NCBI GenBank assembly: GCA_050084515.1
Contig: CM114271.1
Location: 30,504,001 to 30,568,000 of the forward strand
Direction: 5' to 3'
DNA: 64,000 nt
DNA from: Blasia pusilla
Lineage: Eukaryota
The notes below the pieces were generated by a model. That model saw nothing but the letters and a program-made list of their open reading frames with translations. It was not told the DNA's origin and made no database searches. Made by a program: the position numbers and the translations under genes. Positions 1-12,558 of this stretch are shown one piece after another. The stretch's first letter is position 1; each line of letters starts with the position of its first letter.

Positions 1-68
1 AGGAATGCGAGTGTAGAGTCTAGGACAAAGAAGACCTGGATAGAAAGAGCAAAGGAGATCAATTTGGC

Positions 69-704
69 TTAACCAAGTCCAAGCAATTGTTGTGGGGAGT
101 GCAATAGGAGGTGGTATCGGGTTAGGGATCGACAGTACCGCTGATGTCTTTTGATCCCATTAGGAGCAAACTCCTTACCACAAGGTATGCAACGAACCTT
201 TGGTACAAATGGAGAAATAGAAGGGTTACAAGGAGAGGAGGTGGGAGGTGCAAGAGATGGTGATGGCCGACGATGAGGGGGTAAGTAGGTTGGGGAAGGA
301 GGAGGAGGAAGAGGGGAGATTCGGGTAGAATAGATGGTAGTTGAAAGCAAGGGCATAGATGAGATATGTGGGGATGGCAAAGTAGAAGGATTCGGTAATA
401 ATGGATCAAGATTAGGCTCAATAGGACAATGCGAAGAAGGGAGAAGAGGAGAATCCGGAAGAAAAGTAGCGAGTGTAATGGGTGTATTAGCATCTGGAGG
501 AAAATGGCGAGATCTACGATGAGGAGGTGAACCAGGGGGAGAGGTTACGGCTGTAGGAGGGCGTGTAAAACCAGATAAGCGAGTAAATGGAGAATCCAAC
601 TCCATCTCTGATGACATAGAAGTAAAGGTAGGCAAGTCTTCGAAGACAAGAAAAGACATATGAAACGTGGTTTGGAGAAAGCATGAGGATAACGAGCAAA
701 GCAA
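69..704 (-). pseudogene. Pro/Ser-rich ORF ending in a C-x2-C-x12-H-x3-C zinc finger, possibly the N-terminus of a non-LTR element
   Basis: CIPCGKEFAPNGIKRHQRYC; any continuation lies outside the window. Confidence 0.35.
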
Positions 705-2823
705 AATTAGTGGAATCCGTCCAAAAGAAATTTAGATGGAGAGATGAAGATTAGGCAATACCGAATTTATGATTGAAAGTTACTATAAGAAAAATTAAAA
801 AAAAAATTGAAAAGGAAAAGTGATGTATATGGCATCGGAAGAGATGGCTCAAGAATATGAATTTCTAATGTCCTTAAGGAGATGGCAAACGTATGTTGGG
901 GCGAAACAGTAAGGTAAAGAGTTGAAAGAGCAAGTAAGACTTTTGGGAGGAATTGACCTAAAATAAACCCGTACACAAAAATAGGCGCCTAAAGAGAAGG
1001 AAGAAAAACTAGAAAACCTACTTGATATCAAAAGAACCAGCTCGTCAAGACGATCGAAACAGGCCCAAACACATCCAAAACCGACATTCTAAAAGAAAGT
1101 TATGAAAAAAATTAGAAACACCAAAAAAGAGGATGTAAGGAGTAAGTGAGCCACCCACCAATGACCGCTATGAAGGAATGAGTTCGCAATGTTGGGCCCA
1201 GCTCGTATCAAAATATCCAGAAAAGCAAGAGGAATCCCTTAAATCGATGGTAACCTAGTATCACTCTAAAAGGAGAGCGCTATGTTTGAAATTACGTGTA
1301 GGAATCTATGAGCACATTTAGGAGAGAAGGAGGTCCAAAGATCCCAAGAACTTTGGAAAACTCAATCTTAAGTGGAAAAAAGAAGAACCCAAAGTTCAAA
1401 CTTGAGAAGATGAACACATTGGGCCTTAGATTGAAAAGATTGGATCACCATGGAAATAGTTAGAAACAAAATTCTAGACGTCCCTCCATCTCCTCCGCCA
1501 TAGTCCTCCTCCTCCATGTCTCCTCCCCATAAAGAATCCACATATTCACATACGGCTTCTCATAAGGAGCTCTATATGATAATCGGTTTTGTAGTAGAGC
1601 ATGGTTGGCCCATCTCGTTTGCAGATGCTTCTAGCATTTTAGAGCAAAGTTATTTTATATGATATAGCTACTAGGGATATTATTCTATGAGCCGTGTGAG
1701 TAGCATACACATACTACTCTTAAAGAAGGCCTCCATAAAAGGTTGTATCCAAAAGGAGGTGTAGGGACTTCTACCATTTTAGAGCAAACCTATTTCACAC
1801 TTCAAGGTATATCTCTACTTCAACTAGGCAGAGATAGAGGGGCTCATATTGGGGTCATGCTCCTAGGGTAGTGGCAAATTGGAAGGTTAGGACCTATTCA
1901 AAGAGGGATGGGAACCTTGGCTACTTTTCCTCGGTGATGGAAGTATTTGGTTGTGTCCATGCACATTTTGTGGAGATGCTTGAAACAATGAAGAGGAGGG
2001 AGTATGAATAAAGGGAATACATACCTTCTTCAAATGGTTGATTCATAACCTCCAACAAAATATTACATCAATCTTCAAATCTCGTGCTTGCCTTTATAAT
2101 GTCCGATTGGTCTTTGAATTATGTGAAAAATCCCTGTTTCCAAGAGGCACTAAGGATGGTTTCTAGATTAGGTTTTTCATCTCTTGGACCCTATCCGGAT
2201 TGGATGTGACCAAGAACTTAGCTTCAAGTTGGTGCAAGGACCATGTTGATCATAGAATTTCCAATAATAGCTGGACCAATTTCCGTGAAATGCCTCTTGT
2301 GAATATTTTGGTAGTATTCATGGGGAGGGAATGTTTCATTGAGGCCATTAATACCTTTGGCATAATTAAGAATACAAGATGGATAGGGGAAAGTACTATT
2401 TAGCATACCAATGAGATGGGCCCAAATAATTTTATTCAATTTGTCACAAAGAACACAAAAACTTTCAAGTTGACAAGTTCTTTTCTTATTGAAGCTCATC
2501 ATCATATTTTATGAGGCGCTTGTGCTGGTGATGGACTAGATTTGGTTTGTGAAGATTGGGGAACAATTGAATGTTTTTCAAATCTATTTCCTCAATGTCA
2601 TAATACGGTGAAATTTATCAAGAATTACCATGCTAGCCATTTTATGTTTTTGGACTTATTCTCTAACGGGTTGACCTTGCTTTTATCGAGGAAGAGAAGA
2701 TTTGCTTCTAATTATTTTGAGCTTTAACTATGTTTAAAACATATGGTGATTTAACTTAGTGATGAATTTGAGAATTTCACTATTGCTGTAAATGCAAAAA
2801 GCAAGGCTGGAGGTTGAGAGTCA

Positions 2824-2938
2824 GTTGTGCACATACACATCGTTACATAACAAACATCGTTGTCACCGAACACACACGATCACACGCTAACTCATGGCAT
2901 CCAAACAACGAGACAAGAAGTACCAAGATATCTCCAAT
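2824..2938 (-). repeat. Element 1 short repeat B2 (outermost), partner of B1 at ~3449-3569
   Basis: cacatacacatcg...ctaactcatggcatccaaacaacgagacaagaagtacca..atatctccaat is present on both sides of A2. Confidence 0.9.
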
Positions 2939-2940
2939 AA

Positions 2941-3436
2941 ATCAAGATCCAATCTTTCTCAACACCATAGCTCTCAAGCTATGTCTCTCTCAATGTCAAA
3001 CCAAACCCAATCTCCTAATGAGAGGCTTGGGTTACACACACAAGGCAAGCAAGACCATAACTCCGCCGTCTTATGCCAAGAGGTTCAACAAAGAGAGAAT
3101 GAGCTCTCAAGCTCTCTCACCTTAAGGCATACCCCTCCCCTCTCCTAAGCTCTCTCCCTGGTAACCTATGCTCCCAAGTCATCTCTTTAGCTCTTGACTT
3201 GATGTAGGAGGTCAAGGGCCACTTACCACAAATAGAAAGTCGACCATATAGTCAAAATGATACTTACCTGAAATAGCAGGTTCCTCAATATAGCTCCAAA
3301 TGAGCCGAAACAAAGGGAAAACTTGCTCTCTCAGGTTTCCCGGGGCCTCAACAGGTCATCCTCGACATCCTGATCTTGTCCTCCACTACTCGCGAAGGCG
3401 CTCTACTAGATCTGACCGAAGTATCCTAAAAGACGT
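2941..3436 (-). repeat. Element 1 second copy of terminal repeat (A2)
   Basis: Aligns by eye along its length to 12021-12558, with small indels. Confidence 0.92.
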
Positions 3437-3749
3437 CGCTACATCATACACATACACATCGCTACACAACATAGATCGATGTCATCGAACACACACACAA
3501 ACACACACGATCCCATGCTAACTCATGGCATCCAAACAACGAGACAAGAAGTACCAAAATATCTCCAATCGCCTCCCTAGTTGGTGGTTAGGTCCCTCTA
3601 ACTCCAGATAGCCATCTATCCCTACCTACCATGACATACATCTCTCGGACGCTAAGAGCAAGAAGATCGGGTGCTCATGTGGTCCCATCGTTAGTTGCCT
3701 TCTTGTCATCCATATCACAGACATAAGTTGGAATGTAGAAGTACATACT

Positions 3750-3893
3750 TTATGTATATCTAGGACATATCCATCTTCCCTGAGGAACCCTAGTGAGAGG
3801 TGGCGTCAAGCATGCCATATGCCATCCTCTCGAACATTCGTCATAGATTAGCATAGTGGTTGCACCACGCGCAGAACCACACAACATACATCG
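3750..3893 (-). pseudogene. PHD finger at element 1 integrase C-terminus
   Basis: CMLC..LIYDECSRGWHMACLTPPL..VPQGRWICPRY has C4HC3 spacing with two Cys>Tyr changes. Confidence 0.9.
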
Positions 3894-6800
3894 CAAGCCT
3901 ATACGAACTACTACTAAGCTTGGATCAACTGTATTGTAAATGTTTGGAAGGTGACACGGTGCAAAGTAACGCACATGGTCCTTCCAAACTATATCATTGC
4001 GTCCCTCCAATAAGAGAACACCTAATGGCAAAACCTCACGCACTCTCAAGATGGTGCGCCTTGAAGTTACATCCAACGTCGTGGGTGCCATCTCCTGCAA
4101 GTAGACATAGTCTCCCTAATGAAACCTATGGATAGTAGATCGATAATCACCTCCCCGAATAGTCGCACACCTCAACGTATCCCGATGTTGCACAATCGCC
4201 AAGTTCTCAAACGTCATGGGCATCACTCTCCCAAATAACTCAACCCTCTGAGAACATGCTCGCATCCATACATCAGGGTCATCAGGGTTCAACACCTCAC
4301 CTGTATCTCGACAAATGACCGTAGGTAAATCTGGCTCTTGGCCATAAAGCAACAAGAACGGTGAGAAAGACGCTAAGGATGCTTGCCTGCTGAATCTGTA
4401 TCCCATCGCCAACCATGGCAACTAAAGGTCCCAATCTCCTAGGTGACCTCTCTGCAAGCCATACTTTTGTAGTCCTCTCTTCACCATTTGCACAACCCGC
4501 TCCGCTAGTCCATCCGCCTCAGGATGATCTCGCGAAGTAGTGCGGTGGTTGATCAGTGTCTGATCACACAAGGCCTGAAACTCCCTGCGGAACTCAGACC
4601 TCGGTCATCAACACCTCATTTGGTGCTTTGAATGACTCAACACTTGATCTAGGAAGGCATACGCTACTCCCTCACTCGCTTTGTCAGGAAATGCAACCAA
4701 CTCTATCCACTTTGAGAAGTGCTCGAACATGACCAACACATAACGACTATGGCACTCCATCAAAGGCAAAGGTCGTGCAAAATCCAAACTCCATCTATAA
4801 CCTAAACCCATGATCGAAAGTGGATGCAACTATGGAGTAGGAGCATTGAACGATGCTTAGACTCGATCACACACCATCTATCTGGTAACAAATTGTTGAA
4901 TGTCAGTTTGCATGCCTCGCCACCAATACTGAATCTGGAGCAAGCTATATGTTGGCTTCACTCCAAAATGACCCATCTCCTCATGGGCATGACGCACCAA
5001 ATGCGCTCTCTACGAAGGATGAGGCACTACACGCACTCTACCATCCTCCCACACTCGCAACACATGTGTGCCCTCCCACCGGAACTGTCTGGCTCGCTAT
5101 AGGATCCGATCCCGCTCTTTAGCACTCATTGTGCTTGCGACGCTGCCAATACGTAGGTACTCCAAGACCACTCCATCGTCGTAAATATCTCGGCCACCTG
5201 TCGTCTCCTCACCGACCTCTGGATCTAAGGACTCTCCATCAGACCTCGTCATCGAAGTCTCAACAATCTCGCTCTCCATAGCCAACAAGCCCAAATAGGC
5301 TAACGCATGCCATCCTAGCACCAACTCCTCATCACTCTCACCATGCCAACGAGCTCCAATCGCATCTTGCAAACTCGGGCATGGGTTACGGCTCAAACCA
5401 TTTACATCCCAATTGAGCGTCCCAGGTCTATGCACCACGTCGAAGTCATACTCCTTCAACAAAAGAGCCCACCTCGCAAGCTTCCCTGTAAGCTTGTCGG
5501 ACTCTATCAACCACTTAAGTGGCTAATGATCAATAATAATGGTAAACAATTTGCTGAATAGATAACACCTGAGATGTGCAACAGCCCATAGCGTAGCCAA
5601 GAACTCATCCTCGTACGAGCTATACTTCACATCTGCATTGTTGTTTGAGCGACTAGCGTAAGCCACCACAAACTCTCTACCATCATTGTCATGTTGGGTG
5701 AGCACGGCTCCAAGCCCCAACATGCTCCAATCGATATGCAATTGGAAGGGACGGCCCCTGATTCATCTCCTCAATATAGGCGCGGACGTCAATCTGTACT
5801 TGGGCAGCTGAAATACTCTCTCTTGCTCATCCCCCCAGTGCCACTCTTGATCGAGCTCGGTCAGCAAGGTTAGCGGCTTTGCAATCAAACTGAAATCCTT
5901 GACGTACGGTCGAAAGAAGTTTGCCAATCCCATGAATGCACGAACCTGACTCACATCTGATGGGCGTGGAATGCGGGAAATAGCCTCTACCTTTGTCAGC
6001 TGCACACCAAGACCCCTTGGGTATATCTTATGATCCAAGTACTCAATCTGGTCGTAGAAGAACTTGCACTTGCATGGATGTAGCTTCAGCCCATGTAACT
6101 GCAATCGTCAAAATACCTCCTCTAGATGTCGCTCATGCTCCTGAACCTGGCGCTAAAGACTATGATGTCATCAATATAACACCTAGCAAAATCTAGACCT
6201 ACCAAGATCCTATACATGACCCTCTGAAACTCAACCGGGGCGTTCTTTAACCCGAATGGTAAGAACTGCCACTAGTACAAACAATCCTTCCTACAAGGAT
6301 CGATGCCCCAAAATTCCGTCTTCTTCCTGTCCACCAATCTAATAGGCAGCTGATGATATTTGGCTCGCAAATCCAATGAACTGAAAACCTTTGCATGCCC
6401 AATCACATCAAAGATCTCCTCGGGGTTGGGCATGGCATACCTATCAGACTTTGTCTCCAGATTGATAGATCGGTAATCTCCACATATCCGCCTATCCGTC
6501 AAGTTGCCATGCACATCCTTCTTGGCGGGCATGACAGTGGTAGATGCATACTCTCCATGCGACATCTACACTAGTTCTGCTCCAACCAAGTCTTGGCTCC
6601 TACTCTGAATCAGAGCCCTCTCCATGTGACAGTTCCTATAGGGTCGTCGGAAAATCGACGTGTCACTCGAAAACTCAATGTGGATCCCTAGACCCTTCAG
6701 CATACCTAAATCTTGCATGCTAAATGCAAAAAACTCCTATTACTCCTCACGAATTGATATATCTGGCGCCGTTCTCCTCATATCATCTTGGGGCCCATAT

Positions 6801-7149
6801 GTGGCTCCCAAGTCTCCATCCTGACTACGATAGGACTCTCTAGTGCGGATGTAGGTGGTTGCTATGTTACAAGCCACTCTCCTACAATCAAACTCGACTG
6901 CTCTCTTGCAGCCAACTGCAAACTCTCATCTCTAGGTGTAGTACCCAGAACCACGCTCAATGTTGTGGCCATCATCTCTTGGCGTACCTAAAAAACATCC
7001 CAAGAAGTCCAAGATTGTCTGACCCGATCATCCCTGGAGTATTGATCTCCTCGGGTCTCGCCCCCATCCACTACCTCAACCGTCTTAGTAGGCATGGGGC
7101 TCACCAAAGCAACACCTATGTCGCATCCTCAAACGAGGCTGCTCAGCTA

Positions 7150-8090
7150 CTCCTAAGCTGAAAATCCATATCAAGCAGTTCAAGACATGACGTCGTAATG
7201 CCTTTGATAGTGACGGTACTGCTTTCACTCCTGTGGGGAATCCCATCGCTCGCTCTTGCTCATCGGCGTTGGGCTCCACCAACCTCTGTACCTGGTCATC
7301 CCAAACCAAGCATGGTCCAGCCTCCTTGAATGCATAGGAATCGGGAAAACTCACAAATGTGGGAAAGGTTGCGCATGGCATGCCAATCCTCTTGACCACA
7401 GTCAACGGCGGTCGATCATCATGCCTCACTGCCTATGATCGATGGCCCAGATCCAATATAGAATCCACCAACAAATCGGAGGGGCGGTCCACTCTCGCAT
7501 ATGCCCTCCACAACACCTTGTGTAGTACCAAGTTGGTCCACCAAAGATGCGGGCAATATGCTCATAAACCCACACTCGCCGCATCCAAAAAAATTGCTGG
7601 GCCGATCCATGCGTACACCTGATGTGCACTCGTCATCACATGGGACCTCGAATTGCCCAAAATTGGTACGTTCTCCAGAATGTATGCTGGAGAACAAGAC
7701 CGATGCTCCTGCAAGTGTCGGAAGATCTGCATCATCTCCCAAAACAACCTAGACCGAGTGTCACCTAACCCGCTACCTCGTCCAACACTCAATTGGCCCT
7801 AATACGGCCAACCAGCAATGACCAAATCTATGGCCCCTACGCGCTCCAAGTCCTACATCCCCAACAATGAAATATCCCTCGGTAGGGAACTCTAGTATCC
7901 CTGGGCAGTAGATGCAGTCAAATAGTCGGGAAAATGGAGGCGTAAGTTCGCCACATGGTGAAGTGAAGAGCACCTCGCAACGTCATCAATCTCCACATAC
8001 ATGTACTATTGCACGGGTACTCCTGCTTGCAAAACAACAACTAACCCAGTATTGATCCCTCCAAAGAGTTCTAACACCCAAATACCCTCC
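7150..8090 (-). pseudogene. DNMT3-like C5 cytosine methyltransferase domain in element 1 pol (inactivated)
   Basis: Motif I VLELFGGI (~8055-8078); YVEID; motif IV LVIAGWPY*G (decayed PCQG); SRLFWE; motif VI ILENVP; LWWTNL; motif IX EQERAMGFP. Confidence 0.88.
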
Positions 8091-9137
8091 TCTGGGAAGC
8101 ACCACACAATCGGGGTGATGTCCTAAGGGGTCATAGCAGCACTCCTGGCTACTTGGGGTTCCTCTGACCCGTCACACTTTGGTGCAAACGTCTTGCTCCA
8201 CGTGGTCTGCATATGCTTAGTGGCTAAGCGTTGAAGCTCCTTAGTCGAGCCCCAAAGTGGCACCTCTTCTCCACAGACTGATGCGGCTACCATGACACTC
8301 CTCTCCATAGAAATGTCACGAATGGGAGTATCCTATGTATGGACATGTCTTCAATCAAATCACTACGCCAAGTCCCCATCTCTCTTGGCCATCACTTGAT
8401 CCTTGCATCAGTGAATCGAACAAGTAATGAGCTAAGGCACCCATCATCTGACTGCCATCCTGGTCTGTAGGATGCTAACTCCTCCCAGTAATCCACGGAA
8501 AGCCCCATCGGATATAACACTACTCCACCAACCAAGACGTCGTAGGACTCTACATCAATGACTATCGCCTTGGCTCGCACCACAGACTCATTTGTAGGAT
8601 ATCCTGGATGAATCCTCACCACAACCTCGCTCCATCCAAGGATGTCTATATGTGGAATGTACAACGCTCCATATCGACTCTTGTCAAGCCCAATCCTCTG
8701 AATGACGCTTTCCCCAACATCAGGGGTTGCGCTCCTCAATCCAACTCCACGCTCACAAAGCGTAGCGGCCAACCGGAACAGCTCGACGAGTGCACCTCCC
8801 AATGTCATAACATCGGAAGTAGAAAAAATTTGAGCACAATACACCATCGTGCCCCCCAACATCGTTCTCAACACATGCTTCTCTTGAGCATCAGCAATAG
8901 GAGTTGTCGCACTCATTTCTCCCCTTGCCCTCCGTGCCTGCACACCAATAACATCACCAACTCTTCGGGAACTCTGATCAGGACCCATTGATGAGGTCCT
9001 CAACGCCTCGGACAGCGTGAAAGAATGAGGAAGCCTGTCTATTTCCTGGCTTCCCCTCGCTATGGATCCACCTCCTTGTTCCCCAACGCGACCACGTGGT
9101 GCATGATCTCTAGGCCCACCCAGACCGGCTACTCGCT

Positions 9138-10269
9138 CTAGTGCCCTCTTTGGCCCCCGATCCGGACATAATTGAGGGTGTAAACAGAAACACCTAGCGC
9201 GTGTATGATCATATCTCTAACAATGTCACATTGATAACCTCTTGGTGGAGCACCATCTCCTACTTCATGCTGAGGCACACATCCATGACCGTGAAAAGTG
9301 CAATCGCGTTGATGATGGGCTCCACCACATGACCAACAAGTAATCATAGGCGGCTGCTGTTGAGCCGTATATGAAGAACCGGGTCTTTATGGCATGACCT
9401 CCCGGTATCCGCCCTGAGCTCATGGTGCCATTGTCGACCTATCTTGGAGTCCACGTTGCTGCATAGGTGGTGCAGGAAATCGTGACTGCTCTCGCCTAGA
9501 ACCCATGGTGGCTACGCTCTCATTCGCCATGTTGCACTCAATGTACTTGCGCTCCTAATCTCTCAACATAGGTGAGGTGTTTATAGAAGAACCCCCTCGT
9601 GCACCCGTGTCCATAGGGTCCGGTCCAGCATCGCGTACCATGATTGGATAGCCTGAGCCTCTATCACCCCCTAAGTGACGTTGATTAACCGGCGCAAGCG
9701 AGTTTAAGCCTCACGCAAACTCTCACCCGGGCGCCTCTAGAAGTCGTGGATGCTCGGCAACCTCTCTGTTCGTACCTCCAGGTGGCTTGCCCTCAACTCA
9801 CCGAAGAACTCAACCACGAGGTTGAACCTGGGACAAACCCAACTGGATGGTGCAACTACTCTACTGCGAGTTATCCCTCCTAAAACATAACTGGTGGATG
9901 AGGAAGTAGCCTCTCTTGACTCCTCCTCCTCATCTGGGAACGGCTCCGTCCATGATACATAGTGTGGGTCATAGTAGAGTCGCCATGCCTCAATCTCTTG
10001 TGCATATCTGTGGGAGAACTCATGGTAGTTGTCCATGGGTGCCTCCCGTCTAAATACTCGAACATACCGTTCCATGCTGTAAACGGGTTGAACTCTCTAG
10101 ATTTCCTAGCCCGCTGTGTGTTGCACCAACTCCTAAACTCCGCAATGTGGTCATGCAACTCTTTCATGCCTACTGCACTTGAGAACCTACGCAGTCCTCT
10201 ATCCCGGTCGTCCATCTCGTACGCCCAAGTAGTAGAACTACTCAATGTGAGTGGCAAAGCACTACTCAT
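9138..10269 (-). pseudogene. gag: Element 1 gag (frameshifted)
   Basis: GLRRFSSAVG..FRSWCN..FNPF matches element 2 gag; zinc knuckle CWSCGGAHHQRDC. Confidence 0.85.
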
Positions 10270-12020
10270 TTCCTCTACGCCCTCCTCCTCGTCTGCAGAT
10301 TACACAAAAGGAGGTCAAGGTGGTCCCGCACGTGGAGACCCTCGAAACCTCGCGCCAACCCTCTAGAGCTACTCTCTGGTCCACCACCTTGCCTCTCAAA
10401 GTCCCCAAAGGACGCCGAGATTATCCTCGTGCCCCCCTCACACGATCACTCTCAACCTCGCGAGTAATCAGGCAATCAGTCAATCTAACATGCGGCACTT
10501 AAACTACACTCTCTCACCGAGACGTGTGTTGTGCGGCAACAAATGGCGTGGTGCGGCAAATCAACTGATCTATAGTCTCATTGATAAACCATCCTCAACT
10601 TTGGACATCCCACACAGGTCCATATCCCCTCAACCCATAAGTCATCAATGCTCTCAGCATTAGCACGAAACCCAATATCCCAAATAACTTCCCAATACCG
10701 GGAACTCCCTCACACGTGCAGGGTAAGAGACCAAAATGGGTAACCTGACAATAATGTCGATGTCACTCCTCGACAACTGCAAATCTCAACCCCAACTCGT
10801 TCGTGAAGACAACTCCTCCAATCAGCAAGTCGTACTCCTCTCGTACTGACACTTTTGAAACCTCCTCAATATGCGGTGGGGATCTAGCGGTACGGTACGG
10901 TGCGGCTCTGGCGGCACGGAACGGCTACAGAACCGCACAACACTTGATAATGGGATGCGGCACTCCGCAGCATATGCTCCTCAATCAGCTATACACACGC
11001 ATTGCTCCTTAGTGAAGGAGCGGCTCTGCGATTGAGATGGTGCGGCGCAGCCACGAGCAGCACGCTGCGGCTACCGGCGTCACGCCACGGTACTTGATCG
11101 TCCTCGAGCGGCTACCAATCCCAACATAGCATAATGAAATGAAAACTCAAACACCATAACCCGAGATCACCTGCCATCATCGGTTGATGACGAAATAACA
11201 ATGACGCTCATGGCCAAAACAAAGTACGTGGTGGCGGCGCAAGTCAGAGAATCAGCGGTTGTCGTGGAAGACCCTCCACTCCGTAATGGCGGCAATGGCA
11301 ACCAAGGATGGAAAACGGCCGAACACAGCTCTAAGCAACGCTAGGTGGCGGCGGCGGCCGTAGTGGACGATGGACCATTGACGGTGACGGCGGACCATTG
11401 ATGGTAATAGTTGACCCTCGATGGCGGACCATTGAAGATGACGGCAACGGCCACCGCCGGCGCGGTGGCTAGTTTAGGGTTTGAACAATTTTACCCTAAA
11501 AATTTCCTAGCAATGCCAGTTTTGCAAGATTGACCATAACATTTTGCTCGCAACTCCAAATTGCGCACTGTCTATTGCACAGCGTGCACAACTTCACAAT
11601 CTACGACGGCATCAAAAGAGTTATAAATCAGACATTCCAGTAAAAATTGACAGGGATTGTCGTAAAGCCCAACGTCTCTTTCTCCTACACAAAATTTGGC
11701 AGCACTTCTGCATTGATTTCTCCCAACGAAATTTTAAAACCTGTGAAAAATCAAAAAGCTACATGGTGCTCTTGAGAGCACCGACATGGGGAAATTTTCC
11801 CCCATACTCAATCCCTATAAAAAATTGGGCAACACTTTCGCGCGCCACTCTTCCACACGAAAAATCGGCAAAGAAAACATAAAAGATGAGCGGCTTCGGC
11901 TCCGGTGAGCACTCCCATGAACCGTTGAACAAGGAATAGGATCCCCAACCTGCAAAACCAACGAGTGACTAGCGAGCTCCTCCATGAAGCTCTCTCACTC
12001 ATCTCATTCTCTCTTTGTAC

Positions 12021-12558
12021 ATCAAGATCCAATCTCTCTCAACACCATAGCTCTCAAATGTGTGCACTCTCACATGTATCTCTCAATGTCAAACCAAACC
12101 CACTCTCCTAATGAGAGGCTTGGGTTACACACACAAGGCAAGCAAGACCATAGCTCCGCCGTCTTATGCCAAGATGTTCAACAAAGAGAGAGTGAGCTCT
12201 CAAACTCTCTCTTTCCTTGAGGTATACCCCTCCCTTCTCCCAAGCTCTCTCCATGGTAACCTATGCTCCGAAGTCACCTCCTTGGCTCTTGACCTAATGT
12301 AGGAGGTCAAGGGCTATTTACCAGAAATATAAATTCGACCATATACTCAAAATGGTACTTACCTAAAATAGTAAGTTCCTCAATATTGCTCAAAATGAGC
12401 CGAAACGAAGGGAAAACCTGCTCTATCACATTTTTGGGGACTTCAGCATGTCATCCTCCACCTCATGAGCCTGTCCTCCACGACCTCATGAGCATGTCCT
12501 CCACTACTCGTGAAGGCGCTCTACTAGATCTCACTGATCTATCCTAAAAGACGTGACA
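12021..12558 (-). repeat. Element 1 5' terminal repeat (A1)
   Basis: Direct repeat of 2941-3436 (atcaagatccaatc...atcctaaaagacgt); starts with TG on the minus strand. Confidence 0.92.

Larger units (their letters stand above)
3750..8760 (-). pseudogene. pol: Element 1 pol (PR-DNMT-RT-RNaseH-IN-PHD), many stops and frameshifts
   Basis: LD*GAQPL protease (~8740); RICGDYRSIN..FSSLDL and YIDD (~6170) RT; HIDWSMLGLGAVL RNase H; WSLDF..FSKWIELVA integrase. Confidence 0.92.
2824..12558 (-). mobile_element. Ty3/Gypsy-type retroelement 1 (gag; PR-DNMT-RT-RH-IN-PHD), degenerate, with split direct repeats
   Basis: On the minus strand the fragments gag(CCHC), protease, methyltransferase, RT (YIDD), RNase H, integrase and PHD occur in order. 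Terminal repeat 12021-12558 matches 2941-3436, and the 5' end reads TGTCAC at 12558. Possible TSD agtca (2819-2823) / agtct (12559-12563). Confidence 0.92.

Noticed and set aside
3590-3750. Chromodomain after the PHD finger
   Set aside because: No aromatic-cage motif was found, and element 2 stops directly after the PHD.
2824-12558. DIRS/PAT tyrosine-recombinase element, suggested by the split repeats and a methyltransferase
   Set aside because: It has an aspartic protease and a DDE integrase, no tyrosine recombinase is visible, and the MTase is C5-type (PCQ/ENV), not the adenine-MTase-like domain of DIRS elements.
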